A stretch of DNA of 64,000 nt, taken from assembly GCA_963805975.1 (NCBI GenBank), contig CAWDVR010000002.1, positions 832,001-896,000 of the forward strand, read 5' to 3'. This document shows positions 20,401-30,071 of the stretch, piece after piece. The position numbers and the translations under genes are program-made. Position 1 is the stretch's first letter. The number at the start of each line of letters is the position of its first letter. The stretch is from an uncultured Acidobacteriota bacterium (GTDB lineage: Bacteria; Acidobacteriota; Thermoanaerobaculia; Multivoradales; SZUA-115). The notes beneath the pieces were generated by a model. It was not told the DNA's origin. It worked only from the letters and a program-made list of their open reading frames with translations, and did no database searches.

Positions 20401-20874
20401 CGGGCCAGGCCGCTCCGCGACGGGACGCGGAAGCTCTGGCGTGGGCCGCGGAGGCGCAGCCGCGGCCTCTGGGGCGGCACCGCCCGGCTCAGGAGTCGCG
20501 AGCGGCGCGGCGGGAGCGGCTCCGAGTGGCGGCGGCACGAGCGCTGCCGGAGCGAGCGGTGGTGGAGCTACCGGGGCAGTGGCTCGCTTCGGAGCCTCCT
20601 CCGGCGCGGGAGCGGCCCGCCGCACAGGCTCGGGCGCCGGGGCCGCGGTGCTGTCGGGGGCGCCGGCCGTCGCCTTGGCCAACGTCCCCCGGAGCGCCGC
20701 GATCTCCCGTTCCAGGCCGGCGAGGCGCTGCGAAAGGTCCGCCGCGCCGGCCTGCTCCTCGAGCTCCCGGACCCGACGCCGCAGGCCCCAGGCGAGCGTC
20801 ACCGACACGAACGGCGCCAGCAGCAGGGCCAGCCCCAGCAGCACGCCCAGGGCACCCAGGCATTCGAGGTTCAT
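17437..20874 (-). CDS. DUF2339 family large membrane protein
   Basis: Pro-rich linker, WERLIGVKLFSWIAGVALVVAAVFFLRYS, LVGGFATPMLLS, C-terminal KAFLYDLSQLGGLYRVASFVGL. GAGGAG RBS. Confidence 0.88.
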   Translation of the reverse strand: MNLECLGALGVLLGLALLLAPFVSVTLAWGLRRRVRELEEQAGAADLSQRLAGLEREIAALRGTLAKATAGAPDSTAAPAPEPVRRAAPAPEEAPKRATAPVAPPPLAPAALVPPPLGAAPAAPLATPEPGGAAPEAAAAPPRPTPELPRPVAERPGPPIPTFSAPPSEPKAAFDWERLIGVKLFSWIAGVALVVAAVFFLRYSVDQGWLSPPVRMALGLLAGIGLLVGCELRAARRYRVTANALDAAGIAILFATFFAAHVLWGLLPLLATFLLMGLVTAVAVLLSIRRDSVFIALLGLVGGFATPMLLSGPEDRTVPLFGYLVLLNLGLAWVAVKKRWPLLAALSLAATTLYQWQWVVKFLDSPRMPLGLGIFLLFPALFAAVLLTRRPSGEGEPERAFTATAAWAASLPLAFAVYLATVPAYADRFLLLFGFLGLLVLGLSAIAVWRGPTWLHLAGGGTAVLVFALWFRGSYSPAAWPAVLGLAAAFIAFLLAAPFGAERLGRPRFYADARRGTYAGALLFFAFPVLAALEPATVRPWLLFGALLPLLALAAFVAVRRRLPETFFVAASLAVVGEWVWTAKRLAPERILEALAVLAVFALFYLAIPLVVRRLGEEGSGFRGSAYLALSAPLLMLYAAVRPEIAAEPWPLLAVLGVLALAFAAAALAGADGLLLAGGLVASELFLLVWAGTARQAPWPATAATFAVLLAALGVGAWFAARRRRPGGEPIPSFELAAALGLLGAQAVVMLATVLPGYPGLATVAGLHLALVLLWLVLAAASGRHVLAVVAVVPSALAVAVWQLRHFAAERWSEELLLAGLLYLPFAAYPLVLGRRALAARAPYLAAILATAPAFFFGHHAMVRGGAEGVIGLLPVTLAAVLAVMLWRLLATEPAAERDTGRLAMVVGAVLALVTVAIPLQLEKEWITVGWALLGAALVWAYRRLAHRGLLAWAVGLFAAVFLRLAANPAVLTYHPRSDVPIWNWYLYTYLAAVASLFLAVWLLSGKDDRLFEGLRARPLFAGAGTVLLFLLLNIEIADFFSTGTTLTFGFLSGESSLAEDLAYTIGWGVFAMGLLAAGLYLGHKVVRVCAIVLLSATVLKAFLYDLSQLGGLYRVASFVGLAVCLALVALLLQRFVLAPREGEQ

Positions 20875-21037
20875 CTCCCCTCCTCAGGCGCCACTCTCGG
20901 CTCAGCTCTGTTCGGTCCGTGTGGCCGGCAGTCTGACACAGGACGGGATCGGTCGCGGCTGGCGATGGGGGCCTGTCAGGGCTTGGATACGCTGCTCTCG
21001 CCGGGGGCTTAGCGCCTAAGGGGGTCGTGTGGCAGCC

Positions 21038-21895
<858 letters not shown>

Positions 21896-21920
21896 TCTTC
21901 CATTCTCCTCAACGGCTCTT

Positions 21921-23609
21921 CTAGACGGCGCTGCCGCGGTACTTCTTGCGCAGGTGGTTGCGGATCGACACCGCCACCAGGTTCATGGCCGTCACCACTC
22001 CGATCAGGAGCAGCGCGGTGGCGAAGACGAGCGGCGTCGTGGCCTCGATGTTCGGGCTCTGGAAGCCGACGTCGTAGATGTGGAAGCCCAGGTGCATGAA
22101 CTTGCGCTCGAGGTGCACGAAAGGGAAGTGGTGGTCGATGGGGAGCGCCGGCGCCAGCTTCACCATGCCGACGATCATCAGCGGCGCCACCTCGCCGGCG
22201 GCGCGGGCCATGGCGAGGATCATGCCGGTGAGGATGCCGGGCGCCGCGGCCGGCACCACCACTTTCCAGGTGGTCTCGAACTTGGTGGCGCCGAGCGCCA
22301 GCGAGCCCTCGCGCACGATGCGGGGCACGGCGGCGAGACCCTCCTCGGTGGCCACGATCACCACCGGCACGGTGAGGAGAGCGAGCGTCAGGCTCGCCCA
22401 CAGGATGCCGCCGGTGCCAAACGTCGGCGTGGGCAGGGCCTCGGGGTAGAACAGGCGGTCGATCGTCCCACCCATCAGGTAGACGAAGAAGCCCAGGCCG
22501 AAGACGCCGAAGACGATCGACGGCACGCCGGCCAGGTTGTTGACCGCGATGCGCACCACCCGCACCAGCGGCCCCTGCTTGGCGTACTCGCGGAGATAGA
22601 GGGCGGCGAGCACGCCGAAGGGCGTGACCACCAGCGACATGATGAGCACCATCATCACCGTGCCGAAGATCGCCGGGAAGATGCCGCCCTCGGTGTTCGA
22701 CTCGCGCGGCCGGTCGGCCACGAACTCCCAGACCCGGCCGAGGTAGAGGCGGAGCGTCGCCCAGGTGCCCATGGTGTTGGGCTGGAGCGCCCGCACCACC
22801 AGGCCCACCGGGATCTCCTTCCGCTGCCCCTCAACGCTCTCGACCACCAGCACCTCGTGGGTGAGCTCCTGGCGGCGGCCGAACAAGCGCTCCTCGAGCG
22901 CCTGGTACTGGGCCTCGCGCTCGGCCAGGCGGCCACGGATCTCCTCGCGCCGCCGCTCGAGCTCGGCCCCTTCGAGCCCCGCGAGGCCGAGGCCCCGCTC
23001 CTCGAGCCGCAGGCCCTCGATCTCACGGTTGACGTCGCCGATCTCGCCGCGCTCCAGCTTCTCGACCTCCTCGCGCAGCGCGATGGCCCGTTCCTGGAGC
23101 GGTTCGAAGGCGCGCCACACCTCGTCGGCGCCGGTGGCGGTGACGGCGTCGCCGGACTTGAGCTCCATCATGCGGCCGTAGAAGTTGCCCCATTCCAGCC
23201 GTTCGAGCATCACGGCCTCGGGCGGGTAGGAGCGCGCGGTGATCGCGGTCTCGTCCACCCACACGAAGTCGGCGCCGGTCAGGTCCCGGTTGCCGACCTT
23301 GAGGCGGATGCGGTAGAGCGGCTGCTCCGGGTCCTTCCATTCGGAGGGCGGACGGAGCTCCCGCAGGTTGATCTCGCCCAGCACCTGCTCGCCGTCCGCC
23401 ACGGTGAGCAGGGCGAGCTTCTTCTGCCAGAAGAAGCCGAGCCCCTTCGAGCCGATCAGCACCAGGAGCCCCAGGATCAGCACCAGGTTGAGCGCCAGTG
23501 CCCCGGCGCAGAGCCAGGTCATCGACAGGCCGAAGGCCTCGCGGCGGTTGCCGGCGGCGGTCCGGCGGGCGGCGGACGGCTTGGCGGAGGGCGGCGGCGT
23601 GGCGGGCAT
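21921..23609 (-). CDS. pstA: Phosphate ABC transporter permease PstA (long form)
   Basis: [59 protein letters not shown] 23609 overlaps the pstC stop (TGATG). Confidence 0.95.
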   Translation of the reverse strand: MPATPPPSAKPSAARRTAAGNRREAFGLSMTWLCAGALALNLVLILGLLVLIGSKGLGFFWQKKLALLTVADGEQVLGEINLRELRPPSEWKDPEQPLYRIRLKVGNRDLTGADFVWVDETAITARSYPPEAVMLERLEWGNFYGRMMELKSGDAVTATGADEVWRAFEPLQERAIALREEVEKLERGEIGDVNREIEGLRLEERGLGLAGLEGAELERRREEIRGRLAEREAQYQALEERLFGRRQELTHEVLVVESVEGQRKEIPVGLVVRALQPNTMGTWATLRLYLGRVWEFVADRPRESNTEGGIFPAIFGTVMMVLIMSLVVTPFGVLAALYLREYAKQGPLVRVVRIAVNNLAGVPSIVFGVFGLGFFVYLMGGTIDRLFYPEALPTPTFGTGGILWASLTLALLTVPVVIVATEEGLAAVPRIVREGSLALGATKFETTWKVVVPAAAPGILTGMILAMARAAGEVAPLMIVGMVKLAPALPIDHHFPFVHLERKFMHLGFHIYDVGFQSPNIEATTPLVFATALLLIGVVTAMNLVAVSIRNHLRKKYRGSAV

Positions 23610-25864
23610 CAGAGTTGGGAGTAGCGCTGGCGCAGCCGCTGGCGCACCAGCTCGGCCGCGGTGTTGACGATGAAGGTGAGGGCGAAGAGCAGCAGCGCGG
23701 CGAGGAACAGCGTGCGGTAGAGCGTGCCGCCCATCGGCGCCTCGGGGATCTCGACGGCGATGTTGGCCGACAGCGTGCGGAAGCCGTTGAACGGGCTCCA
23801 GTCCATGATCGGCGTGTTGCCGGTCGCCATCAGCACGATCATGGTCTCGCCCACCGCGCGGCCGAAGCCCACCATCACCGCCGAGAAGATCCCCGGGCTC
23901 GCGGTGGGGAGCACCACCCGCGTCACCGTCTGCCAGCGGTTGGCGCCGAGCGCCAGGGACCCGGAGACCAGGTTCTTGGGCACGTTCGAGAAGGCGTCCT
24001 CGGAGATGGCGAAGATGATGGGGATCACCGCGAAACCCATGGCGAGGCCCACCACCACGGCGTTTCTCTGGTCGTAGGCCATGCCGGTGGCCTCGAGCAG
24101 CCAGCGCGGGAAATTGCCGCCGAAGAGCGCCAGCTCGACGGGCACCGAGAGCTCGACCGAGAGCCACAGCCCCAAGGCCACGACGAAGATGAAGATCAGC
24201 GCCTCGACGCCGCTCGGGAAGCGGCCGCGGAAGGCTCTCGGCAGCCGGTGCCAGAGGGCGCCGGCACCGAGGATCAGGAGCGGCAGGAGGACCGCCATCA
24301 CCAGCAGCGCGGGAAAGACCTTCTCGAGCCGCGGCGCGAGCCACAGGCCGGCGAGGAAGCCCAGCACCACGGTGGGGAGCGCCGCCATGATCTCGACCAT
24401 CGGTTTGACGAACCTCTGGTACGAGGGGTGGAGGAACTGCGAGGTGTACATCGCGCCCAGCACGCCGAGCGGGAGGGCCAGGAGCAGCGAGTAGAACGTG
24501 CCCTTGAGCGTGCCGACGAGGAGCGGCGTGAGCGACAGCTTGGGCTCGAAGTCGTCCGTGCCGCCGGTCGACTGCCAGACCTGCTCCGGCTTCGGGTAGC
24601 CCTCGTACCAGACCTTGCCGAAGAGCGTCTTCCAGGTCACCTCGGGGTGCGGGTTGTGGATGGCGAGCACGGCGAGCCTGCCGGGCGCGGCGAGGAAGGC
24701 GCCGTCGGCGCGCGGTGCCAGCACCAGGGCGCGCGCGCCGGCGAGCGGCGAGGGCCCGGTCCACAGCACGCGGCCGGCGGTCGAGTGGTAGAGGCCGAGC
24801 CCGGCGCTCGACGCGGCGAGGAACCCCTTGTTGCGCAGCGATGGCGAGATGGCCGTCACCGCGCCGGGCAGCGGCGGGAAGCTCCGTACGCGGGTCAGCG
24901 CCCAGGAGCCGTTCGCCTGCTCGACCGGGAACCACACCGAGAGGCTGCCGTCCGCCTGGCCGACGACCAGCGACTGCTCGCCGATCAGGAAGGTGAGCGC
25001 GGTGACGGCCGCCCCGCCCGCCGAGACCACCTGCGGCGGCCCCGGCTCGGCGGCGAGGTCCCACCACAGGAGAGCGCCGGTCTCCGTGCCGGCGTAGAGG
25101 TGGCGCAGGTCGCGGTCGAGCAGCAGCACCCGGGGCCGGCTCGGCAGCGGCAGGCTCGACGGCTCAAAGCTCTCGCTGACCTCGCCGGTCAGGAGGTTCT
25201 CCCGCGCCGTGCGCCGCACCAGCGCCAGCGAGCCGTCGGCCAGCACCCCGGCCGCGGCGGCTTCGGCGCCGTCCACCGAGACGGCGAAGGTGAAGGGCTC
25301 GGCTGCCTTGCCGAAAGGATCGAGGGTGAACGTGACGGGCTTGCCGACGCCGGCCTCGATGCGGCGCTGGTCGCCCTCGAAGGAGAGGTCCCACGAGAGC
25401 GGAGCGATGATCGCCCGGCCATCGGTGGTCGCGCCGCCGAGCCAGGAAGCGTCGCCGGCCTGGGCCACGGCCACCAACCGGGCCGGCGGAGCGGTCACGC
25501 CCTCGCCGGCCGGCACCGCCGGCAGCAGCGGATGGCTTGCCACCGGCGCGCCGTTCGTGGCGGAGAGCACCCGGACCTCGCCGTCGAGCGTGAGGCCGGC
25601 GACCAGCGTGCGGTACTCGTCGGTCGCGAGGGTGGCGAGGTCGGTGCCCGAGATCGCCACCTCGCCGGCGATCCCCACGCTCGCCGCCCGGGTCAGCGGC
25701 CAGACCTCGACCAGGATGAAGACCAGGATTCCGAGGATGCTGGCGATGATCCCCAGGCCACCGGCGGTGACGAACCAGCGGGCGAGGCGGTCCGCCCAGA
25801 AGCGGCGGGGCGCCGTGCGGCCGGCGGATCGGCGGGGAGCACCGTGTGATTGCGCGGGGGTCAT
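23609..25864 (-). CDS. pstC: Phosphate ABC transporter permease PstC (long form with large extracytoplasmic domain)
   Basis: VWYEGY...WQSTGGTDDFEPKLSLTPL, KPMVEIMAALPTVVLGF, GSLALGANRWQT, RAVGETMIVLMATGNTP. Confidence 0.95.
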   Translation of the reverse strand: MTPAQSHGAPRRSAGRTAPRRFWADRLARWFVTAGGLGIIASILGILVFILVEVWPLTRAASVGIAGEVAISGTDLATLATDEYRTLVAGLTLDGEVRVLSATNGAPVASHPLLPAVPAGEGVTAPPARLVAVAQAGDASWLGGATTDGRAIIAPLSWDLSFEGDQRRIEAGVGKPVTFTLDPFGKAAEPFTFAVSVDGAEAAAAGVLADGSLALVRRTARENLLTGEVSESFEPSSLPLPSRPRVLLLDRDLRHLYAGTETGALLWWDLAAEPGPPQVVSAGGAAVTALTFLIGEQSLVVGQADGSLSVWFPVEQANGSWALTRVRSFPPLPGAVTAISPSLRNKGFLAASSAGLGLYHSTAGRVLWTGPSPLAGARALVLAPRADGAFLAAPGRLAVLAIHNPHPEVTWKTLFGKVWYEGYPKPEQVWQSTGGTDDFEPKLSLTPLLVGTLKGTFYSLLLALPLGVLGAMYTSQFLHPSYQRFVKPMVEIMAALPTVVLGFLAGLWLAPRLEKVFPALLVMAVLLPLLILGAGALWHRLPRAFRGRFPSGVEALIFIFVVALGLWLSVELSVPVELALFGGNFPRWLLEATGMAYDQRNAVVVGLAMGFAVIPIIFAISEDAFSNVPKNLVSGSLALGANRWQTVTRVVLPTASPGIFSAVMVGFGRAVGETMIVLMATGNTPIMDWSPFNGFRTLSANIAVEIPEAPMGGTLYRTLFLAALLLFALTFIVNTAAELVRQRLRQRYSQL

Positions 25865-25880
25865 GTCTCGATGCCTGGCC

Positions 25881-25938
25881 TGTCACCCCGAGCGGAGCGG
25901 ATCGCTCCGCCCGGATCCCTCGCTGCGCTCGGGATGAC
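25881..25938. repeat. REP-like inverted pair between pstS and pstC
   Basis: TGTCACCCCGAGCGGAGCG...GATCCCTCGCTGCGCTCGGGATGAC forms a long hairpin; same family as 61209-61373. Confidence 0.7.
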
Positions 25939-25955
25939 GATACCGGGTAGCAGGC

Positions 25956-26927
25956 TCAGTTCAGCTTGGCGAGCTCGCCGTCACAGGCCGGCCCGGTCAG
26001 CGGGAAGTAGCCGTCCTTGACCACCACCTGCTGCCCCTCCTTGCTGCAGATGAACTTCACGAACTCGCGCATCAGCGGGTCGGCGGGCTTGTTGGGCGCC
26101 TTGTTGACGTAGACGTAGAGGAAGCGGGCGAGCGGATAGTTGCCGGCGAGCACTTCGTGCTGGCTCGCCTCGTAGGCCGTGGCGCCGCTCTTGGCGGCGA
26201 GCGGCACGGCGCGCACTCCGGACGTCTTGTAGCCGATGCCGCTGTAGCCGATGCCGTAGATGTCCTCGGTGACGCCCTGCACCACGGACGCCGAGCCGGG
26301 CTGCTCCTTGACGGTGTCCTTGTAGTCGCCGCCGCAGAGCGCCTTTTCCTTGAAGAAGCCGTAGGTGCCGGAGGCCGAGTTGCGGCCGTAGAGGCTGATC
26401 GGCCGCGACGCCCAGCCGGCGTCCTTCAAGGTGGCCGCACCCCAGTTGGCGGCGCCGCTGCCGCCGCAGCGCCGGGTCTTCGAGAAGATGCCGTCCACCT
26501 GCGCCAGCGTGAGCTGCTGCACCGGGTTGTCCTTGTTGACGTAGACCGCCAGCGCGTCGAGCGCGACCTTGACCACGGTCGGCTTGTAGCCGTACTTCTT
26601 CTCGAAGTCGTCGATCTCGTTGGCGCGCATCTCGCGGCTCATGGGGCCGAGCTGCGCGGTGCCGGCGATCAGTGCCGGGGGTGCGGTGGAAGAGCCCTTG
26701 CCCTCGATCTGGATGCGTACGTTGGGGTACTGCTTCTGGAACCCTTCGGCCCACAGCGTCATCAGGTTGTTGAGGGTGTCGGAGCCGATCGAGTTCAAAT
26801 TGCCCGAGATGCCGCTGGTCTTGGCGTAGGGCTTCAACGCCGCGTCGATCTCGATCTGCCCTTCCGCGGCGCCCACCGCCAGGAACAGGCCGCACGCACA
26901 CAGGACCGCCGTCAAGCTATGCCTCAT
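25956..26927 (-). CDS. pstS: Phosphate ABC transporter substrate-binding protein PstS
   Basis: Signal peptide, [64 protein letters not shown]. Confidence 0.97.
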   Translation of the reverse strand: MRHSLTAVLCACGLFLAVGAAEGQIEIDAALKPYAKTSGISGNLNSIGSDTLNNLMTLWAEGFQKQYPNVRIQIEGKGSSTAPPALIAGTAQLGPMSREMRANEIDDFEKKYGYKPTVVKVALDALAVYVNKDNPVQQLTLAQVDGIFSKTRRCGGSGAANWGAATLKDAGWASRPISLYGRNSASGTYGFFKEKALCGGDYKDTVKEQPGSASVVQGVTEDIYGIGYSGIGYKTSGVRAVPLAAKSGATAYEASQHEVLAGNYPLARFLYVYVNKAPNKPADPLMREFVKFICSKEGQQVVVKDGYFPLTGPACDGELAKLN

Positions 26928-27059
26928 CGCTGTCTCCTTGTCGTTGATGGAAGCCGAGGAGTGCGGCGCGGCCGGCGCCCTGGTCCCGCGGGGCGAGCGA
27001 TCGAGCCTTTCCTCGCCGCGTACGGTGACAGCGTGGTTTGTCAGCAGACCTACCGGCCT

Positions 27060-27077
27060 GTGACAGCGGCGTGACAG
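27060..27077 (-). promoter_or_regulatory. Pho box upstream of pstS
   Basis: Minus strand CTGTCAC-GCCG-CTGTCAC, a near-consensus PhoB box; an extra CTGTCAC half-site lies at 27025-27031. Confidence 0.8.
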
Positions 27078-27090
27078 CGGGCGCCGGGCG

Positions 27091-27555
27091 CTACCCGCGC
27101 AGCCGGTGCCGCACTCGCCCCAGGAAGCGGTTCACGGGGTGGGAGCGCGGCAGGAAGGAGAGCACCGGGCGGCTCCGCAGGCCGAGCTCTTTCAACAGCT
27201 TGCGCAGCCGCTTGTCCTTGGGATCCACGGCCAGCCCTTCGCGCACGGCGCGCACGGCAGCGCCGCGGTTGTCGAACAAGAGGTAGGTGCGGGCCAAGTT
27301 GTAGTAGTTCTCGCCGCGGTAGAACTCGACCTTCACGGCGTGGCGGCAGAGCTCCAGGCCCTCGCGCTTGCGCCCCTCGAAGCGCGCCATGCCGTAGCCG
27401 AAGTAGGAGTAGAAGACCCCCGGCAGCTCCTCGCGGAAGGTGTCGTTCCGGCTCACCTGGGCGAGACCCGCGAGGCCCTGCTGCCATTCGCCGCGGCGGC
27501 AGGCCTCCACTCCACGCTTGACCGTGTCGAGAACCTCCTGCCGGCTGCTCGCCAT
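27091..27555 (-). CDS. Small TPR-containing protein
   Basis: ATG 27555. YSYFGYGMA...[28 protein letters not shown]...[13 protein letters not shown] pattern; basic C-tail [20 protein letters not shown]. Confidence 0.8.
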   Translation of the reverse strand: MASSRQEVLDTVKRGVEACRRGEWQQGLAGLAQVSRNDTFREELPGVFYSYFGYGMARFEGRKREGLELCRHAVKVEFYRGENYYNLARTYLLFDNRGAAVRAVREGLAVDPKDKRLRKLLKELGLRSRPVLSFLPRSHPVNRFLGRVRHRLRG

Positions 27556-27651
27556 GAGTCGATAGCCTAATGCACATAGAAACACCGCACAAACGCCGGC
27601 CGGGTGCGGAGCTTTCCGCTCGTGGTACCCTGCCCGAAACGTCTCCACAGC

Positions 27652-29463
27652 ATGGCTGACTCGAACCCTCTGACCACCTCCGTCCCCGTCGGCGCGGACA
27701 AGGTCCAGCAGCTCCTCGAGCTGGGCAGCTCCTTCGCCGACCACGGCCAGTGGCGCGAAGCCGCCGAGATGCTGGTCCTCGCCCTGCGCCTGAAGCCGGA
27801 CTGCGCCGACGCCCGCGAGCAGCTCGCCCGCGTGCGCCGCGCCCAGCGCCAGGGGCAGTTGCCCGCCGAGGGGGCGACGCTGCGCGAAGCCGCCGGGGAG
27901 GAGTTCCGGCGGCGCGCTCTCGACGGTTCCCACTTCCTGGGCCTCGCCCGGCTCTACGAGCAGAAGGGCGAGATCCGCCAGGCGATCGAGTGCCTGGAGA
28001 TCGCCAAGGCCAAGGCGCCTTCCAACCCGGCGCCCCACAAGCTGCACGGCAAGCTGCTGCTGCAGCGCGGAAACGCCCAGGCCGCCGCCCGCGAGCTCGC
28101 CCGCGCCGCGCACCTCGACCCCTTCGACCGCGAGACCGAGGAGACCCTGGGGCTCGCCGAGCACCAGCAACGGCGCTTCGCGCCGGCGGCGGCGGCCACC
28201 GCCCGCGCCTTCCTGCTGGTGGGCGACCTCCAGTCCGTGGACGCCGTCCGGCTGCGGCGCCGGTTGATGACGCTCCGGCGCATCCTCGGCTGGGGAAATC
28301 AGGAGACCTCGCGGCTCTTCGATCAGGCCCGCGAGCACCTGCAGACGGCGCGCGACCGCCTGGAGTGGCGGCGCGAGCGCTTCCCCGAGGAGGAGGGGCT
28401 GCCGCACGGCGGCGCCTGGTTCGGCGCCACGCCGGCCCACGCGCGCCCCGGCCTGATCGCGCTCGCCGCCCGGCTACGCCGGCTGACGGCGCTCGCCAGC
28501 CTCGCCGACGGCGAGCTCTTCCGCTTGACGGCGGCGGTGCAGGAGGAGATGCACGCGGCGGGCAGCCTGGTCTTCGCCCAGCGCGGCGACGGGCGCGATC
28601 TCTACCTGGTCGAGGAAGGCATGATCCGCCTCGAGCGGACCAGCGGCTACGGCACCTTCCCGCTCTCGACCGTCGCCCCCGGCGAGCTGGCGGGAGAAGC
28701 CTCCTCGCTGCTGCGCCAGCCCCGCGGCACGGACGCCGTGGCGCTACGGCCCTCGCGCCTGCTGCGCATCGACTCCGCGACGCTCGAGCGCCTGAGCCGC
28801 GAGAGCCCCGAGCTCTCGCAGCAGCTCCTGTGGTGCTTGTGGCACTCGCTCGCCGGCAAGCTCCGCGCCGCCAACGAGCAACTGCGCGAGATCTTCGCCG
28901 CCTCCGCCATGCCGCACGACGCGCTCGCCGCCCGGCTCCAACCGGCGACCGCCGGCGAGCGCGTCCACCTGGCGTCGCAGGACAAGGTGCGCCTGTTCCG
29001 CGAGCAGGGCCTGTCGCAGCGCGAGCTCGCGACCTTGGCCACCTTCTCGCGCGAGAAGCGCTTCGCCGCCGGCTCCTACCTGTTCCGTGAGGGCGACCCC
29101 GGCGACGAGCTCTACGCCGTGGTCGAAGGCCGGGTGCTGATCAGCAAGTACATCCCCGGGGGCGGCGACGAAGCCCTGGCGATCCTGCGCCGCGGCGAGT
29201 TCTTCGGGGAGATGGCCTTGATCGACGGCCAGCCACGCTCCGCCGACGCCCGCGCCGAAGGCGGCGCCGCCACCGTCCTCGCCCTCGACCAGGCCACGCT
29301 CCGCGACCTCCTGGCCCTGGACCCCGCGGCCTCGGCCGACTTCCTCCGCCTCCTCTGCCGCCTCCTAGCCCGCCGCTTGACCGAGGCGGAGGAGAAAGTG
29401 CTGGGGTGGCGGATGCTGGGGGGCGGGGCAACCGAGCAGGGCGGCGAGGACCAGCCGACCTGA
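27652..29463 (+). CDS. TPR protein with two C-terminal cyclic-nucleotide-binding domains
   Basis: N-terminal TPRs. CNB1: VFAQRGDGRDLYLVEEG...GELAGEASSLLRQPRGTDA. CNB2: LFREGDPGDELYAVVEG...GEFFGEMALIDGQPRSADARA. No HTH seen. Confidence 0.88.
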   Translation: MADSNPLTTSVPVGADKVQQLLELGSSFADHGQWREAAEMLVLALRLKPDCADAREQLARVRRAQRQGQLPAEGATLREAAGEEFRRRALDGSHFLGLARLYEQKGEIRQAIECLEIAKAKAPSNPAPHKLHGKLLLQRGNAQAAARELARAAHLDPFDRETEETLGLAEHQQRRFAPAAAATARAFLLVGDLQSVDAVRLRRRLMTLRRILGWGNQETSRLFDQAREHLQTARDRLEWRRERFPEEEGLPHGGAWFGATPAHARPGLIALAARLRRLTALASLADGELFRLTAAVQEEMHAAGSLVFAQRGDGRDLYLVEEGMIRLERTSGYGTFPLSTVAPGELAGEASSLLRQPRGTDAVALRPSRLLRIDSATLERLSRESPELSQQLLWCLWHSLAGKLRAANEQLREIFAASAMPHDALAARLQPATAGERVHLASQDKVRLFREQGLSQRELATLATFSREKRFAAGSYLFREGDPGDELYAVVEGRVLISKYIPGGGDEALAILRRGEFFGEMALIDGQPRSADARAEGGAATVLALDQATLRDLLALDPAASADFLRLLCRLLARRLTEAEEKVLGWRMLGGGATEQGGEDQPT

Positions 29464-29468
29464 AGCAC

Positions 29469-30071
29469 CTACAGCAAGCGTTCTGTGAGTAAGTTCAGCA
29501 GCCGATCGAACTCTCGGCATAGTTTGTCGAAGGAGCGTGAGCGACGCGCTTCGTCGAGGTCGAACAGGCCCGCAAGGGCCGCTTGATCCACGGTTTCCGA
29601 GTAGGTCCCGTGCCCTGTCATGTGGTTGGAAAGCCAGTCCTTCGCCCCCCGTACAGACTCTGGGTCCACCGGACGAGTCAGATTCGCGGCGAGGGCCCTC
29701 TGGCCGGCGATCGACTGTGCGGCTGCGAGGAACCAGGCTTCGAACTCACGGTTGGCCAAGACCACTGCACAAGGAACCTCGAGAATCGCCTTCTGCACGC
29801 GATCCACGAGCTGGGGCGCGAGGTGCTTGGGGCAATCATCATCGCTGTCGAACAGCACGAGAACAGCCCCACGGCGGCGCGTTTTGCGCGCCGCAAGCTC
29901 GCAGTAGCGCTCCAGCTCACCGGCCTTGTGCAGCTTGGTTCGGGGGAAACGGATCGGTCGGTGAATTGTCGGGTAGACCAGCCTCTGGCGCGTGAGCGCT
30001 AGCCTCCGTAGGAGGACCGGCAGCGCCTCCACGTCACCATCGCCTTCGACAATGCTCGCCAGCTCGATCAC
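29469..30071 (-). CDS. DUF4276-like/TOPRIM-like protein
   Basis: IVEGDGDVEALP (TOPRIM Glu), LFDSDDDCP (DxD), REFEAWFLAA, YSETVDQ, RSRSFDKL. GTG start overlaps the ATPase stop. Confidence 0.75.
   Translation of the reverse strand: MIELASIVEGDGDVEALPVLLRRLALTRQRLVYPTIHRPIRFPRTKLHKAGELERYCELAARKTRRRGAVLVLFDSDDDCPKHLAPQLVDRVQKAILEVPCAVVLANREFEAWFLAAAQSIAGQRALAANLTRPVDPESVRGAKDWLSNHMTGHGTYSETVDQAALAGLFDLDEARRSRSFDKLCREFDRLLNLLTERLL

Noticed and set aside
21921-25864. Unusually long PstC and PstA
   Set aside because: Long forms with extra extracytoplasmic domains are already known from Pseudomonas-type pst operons.
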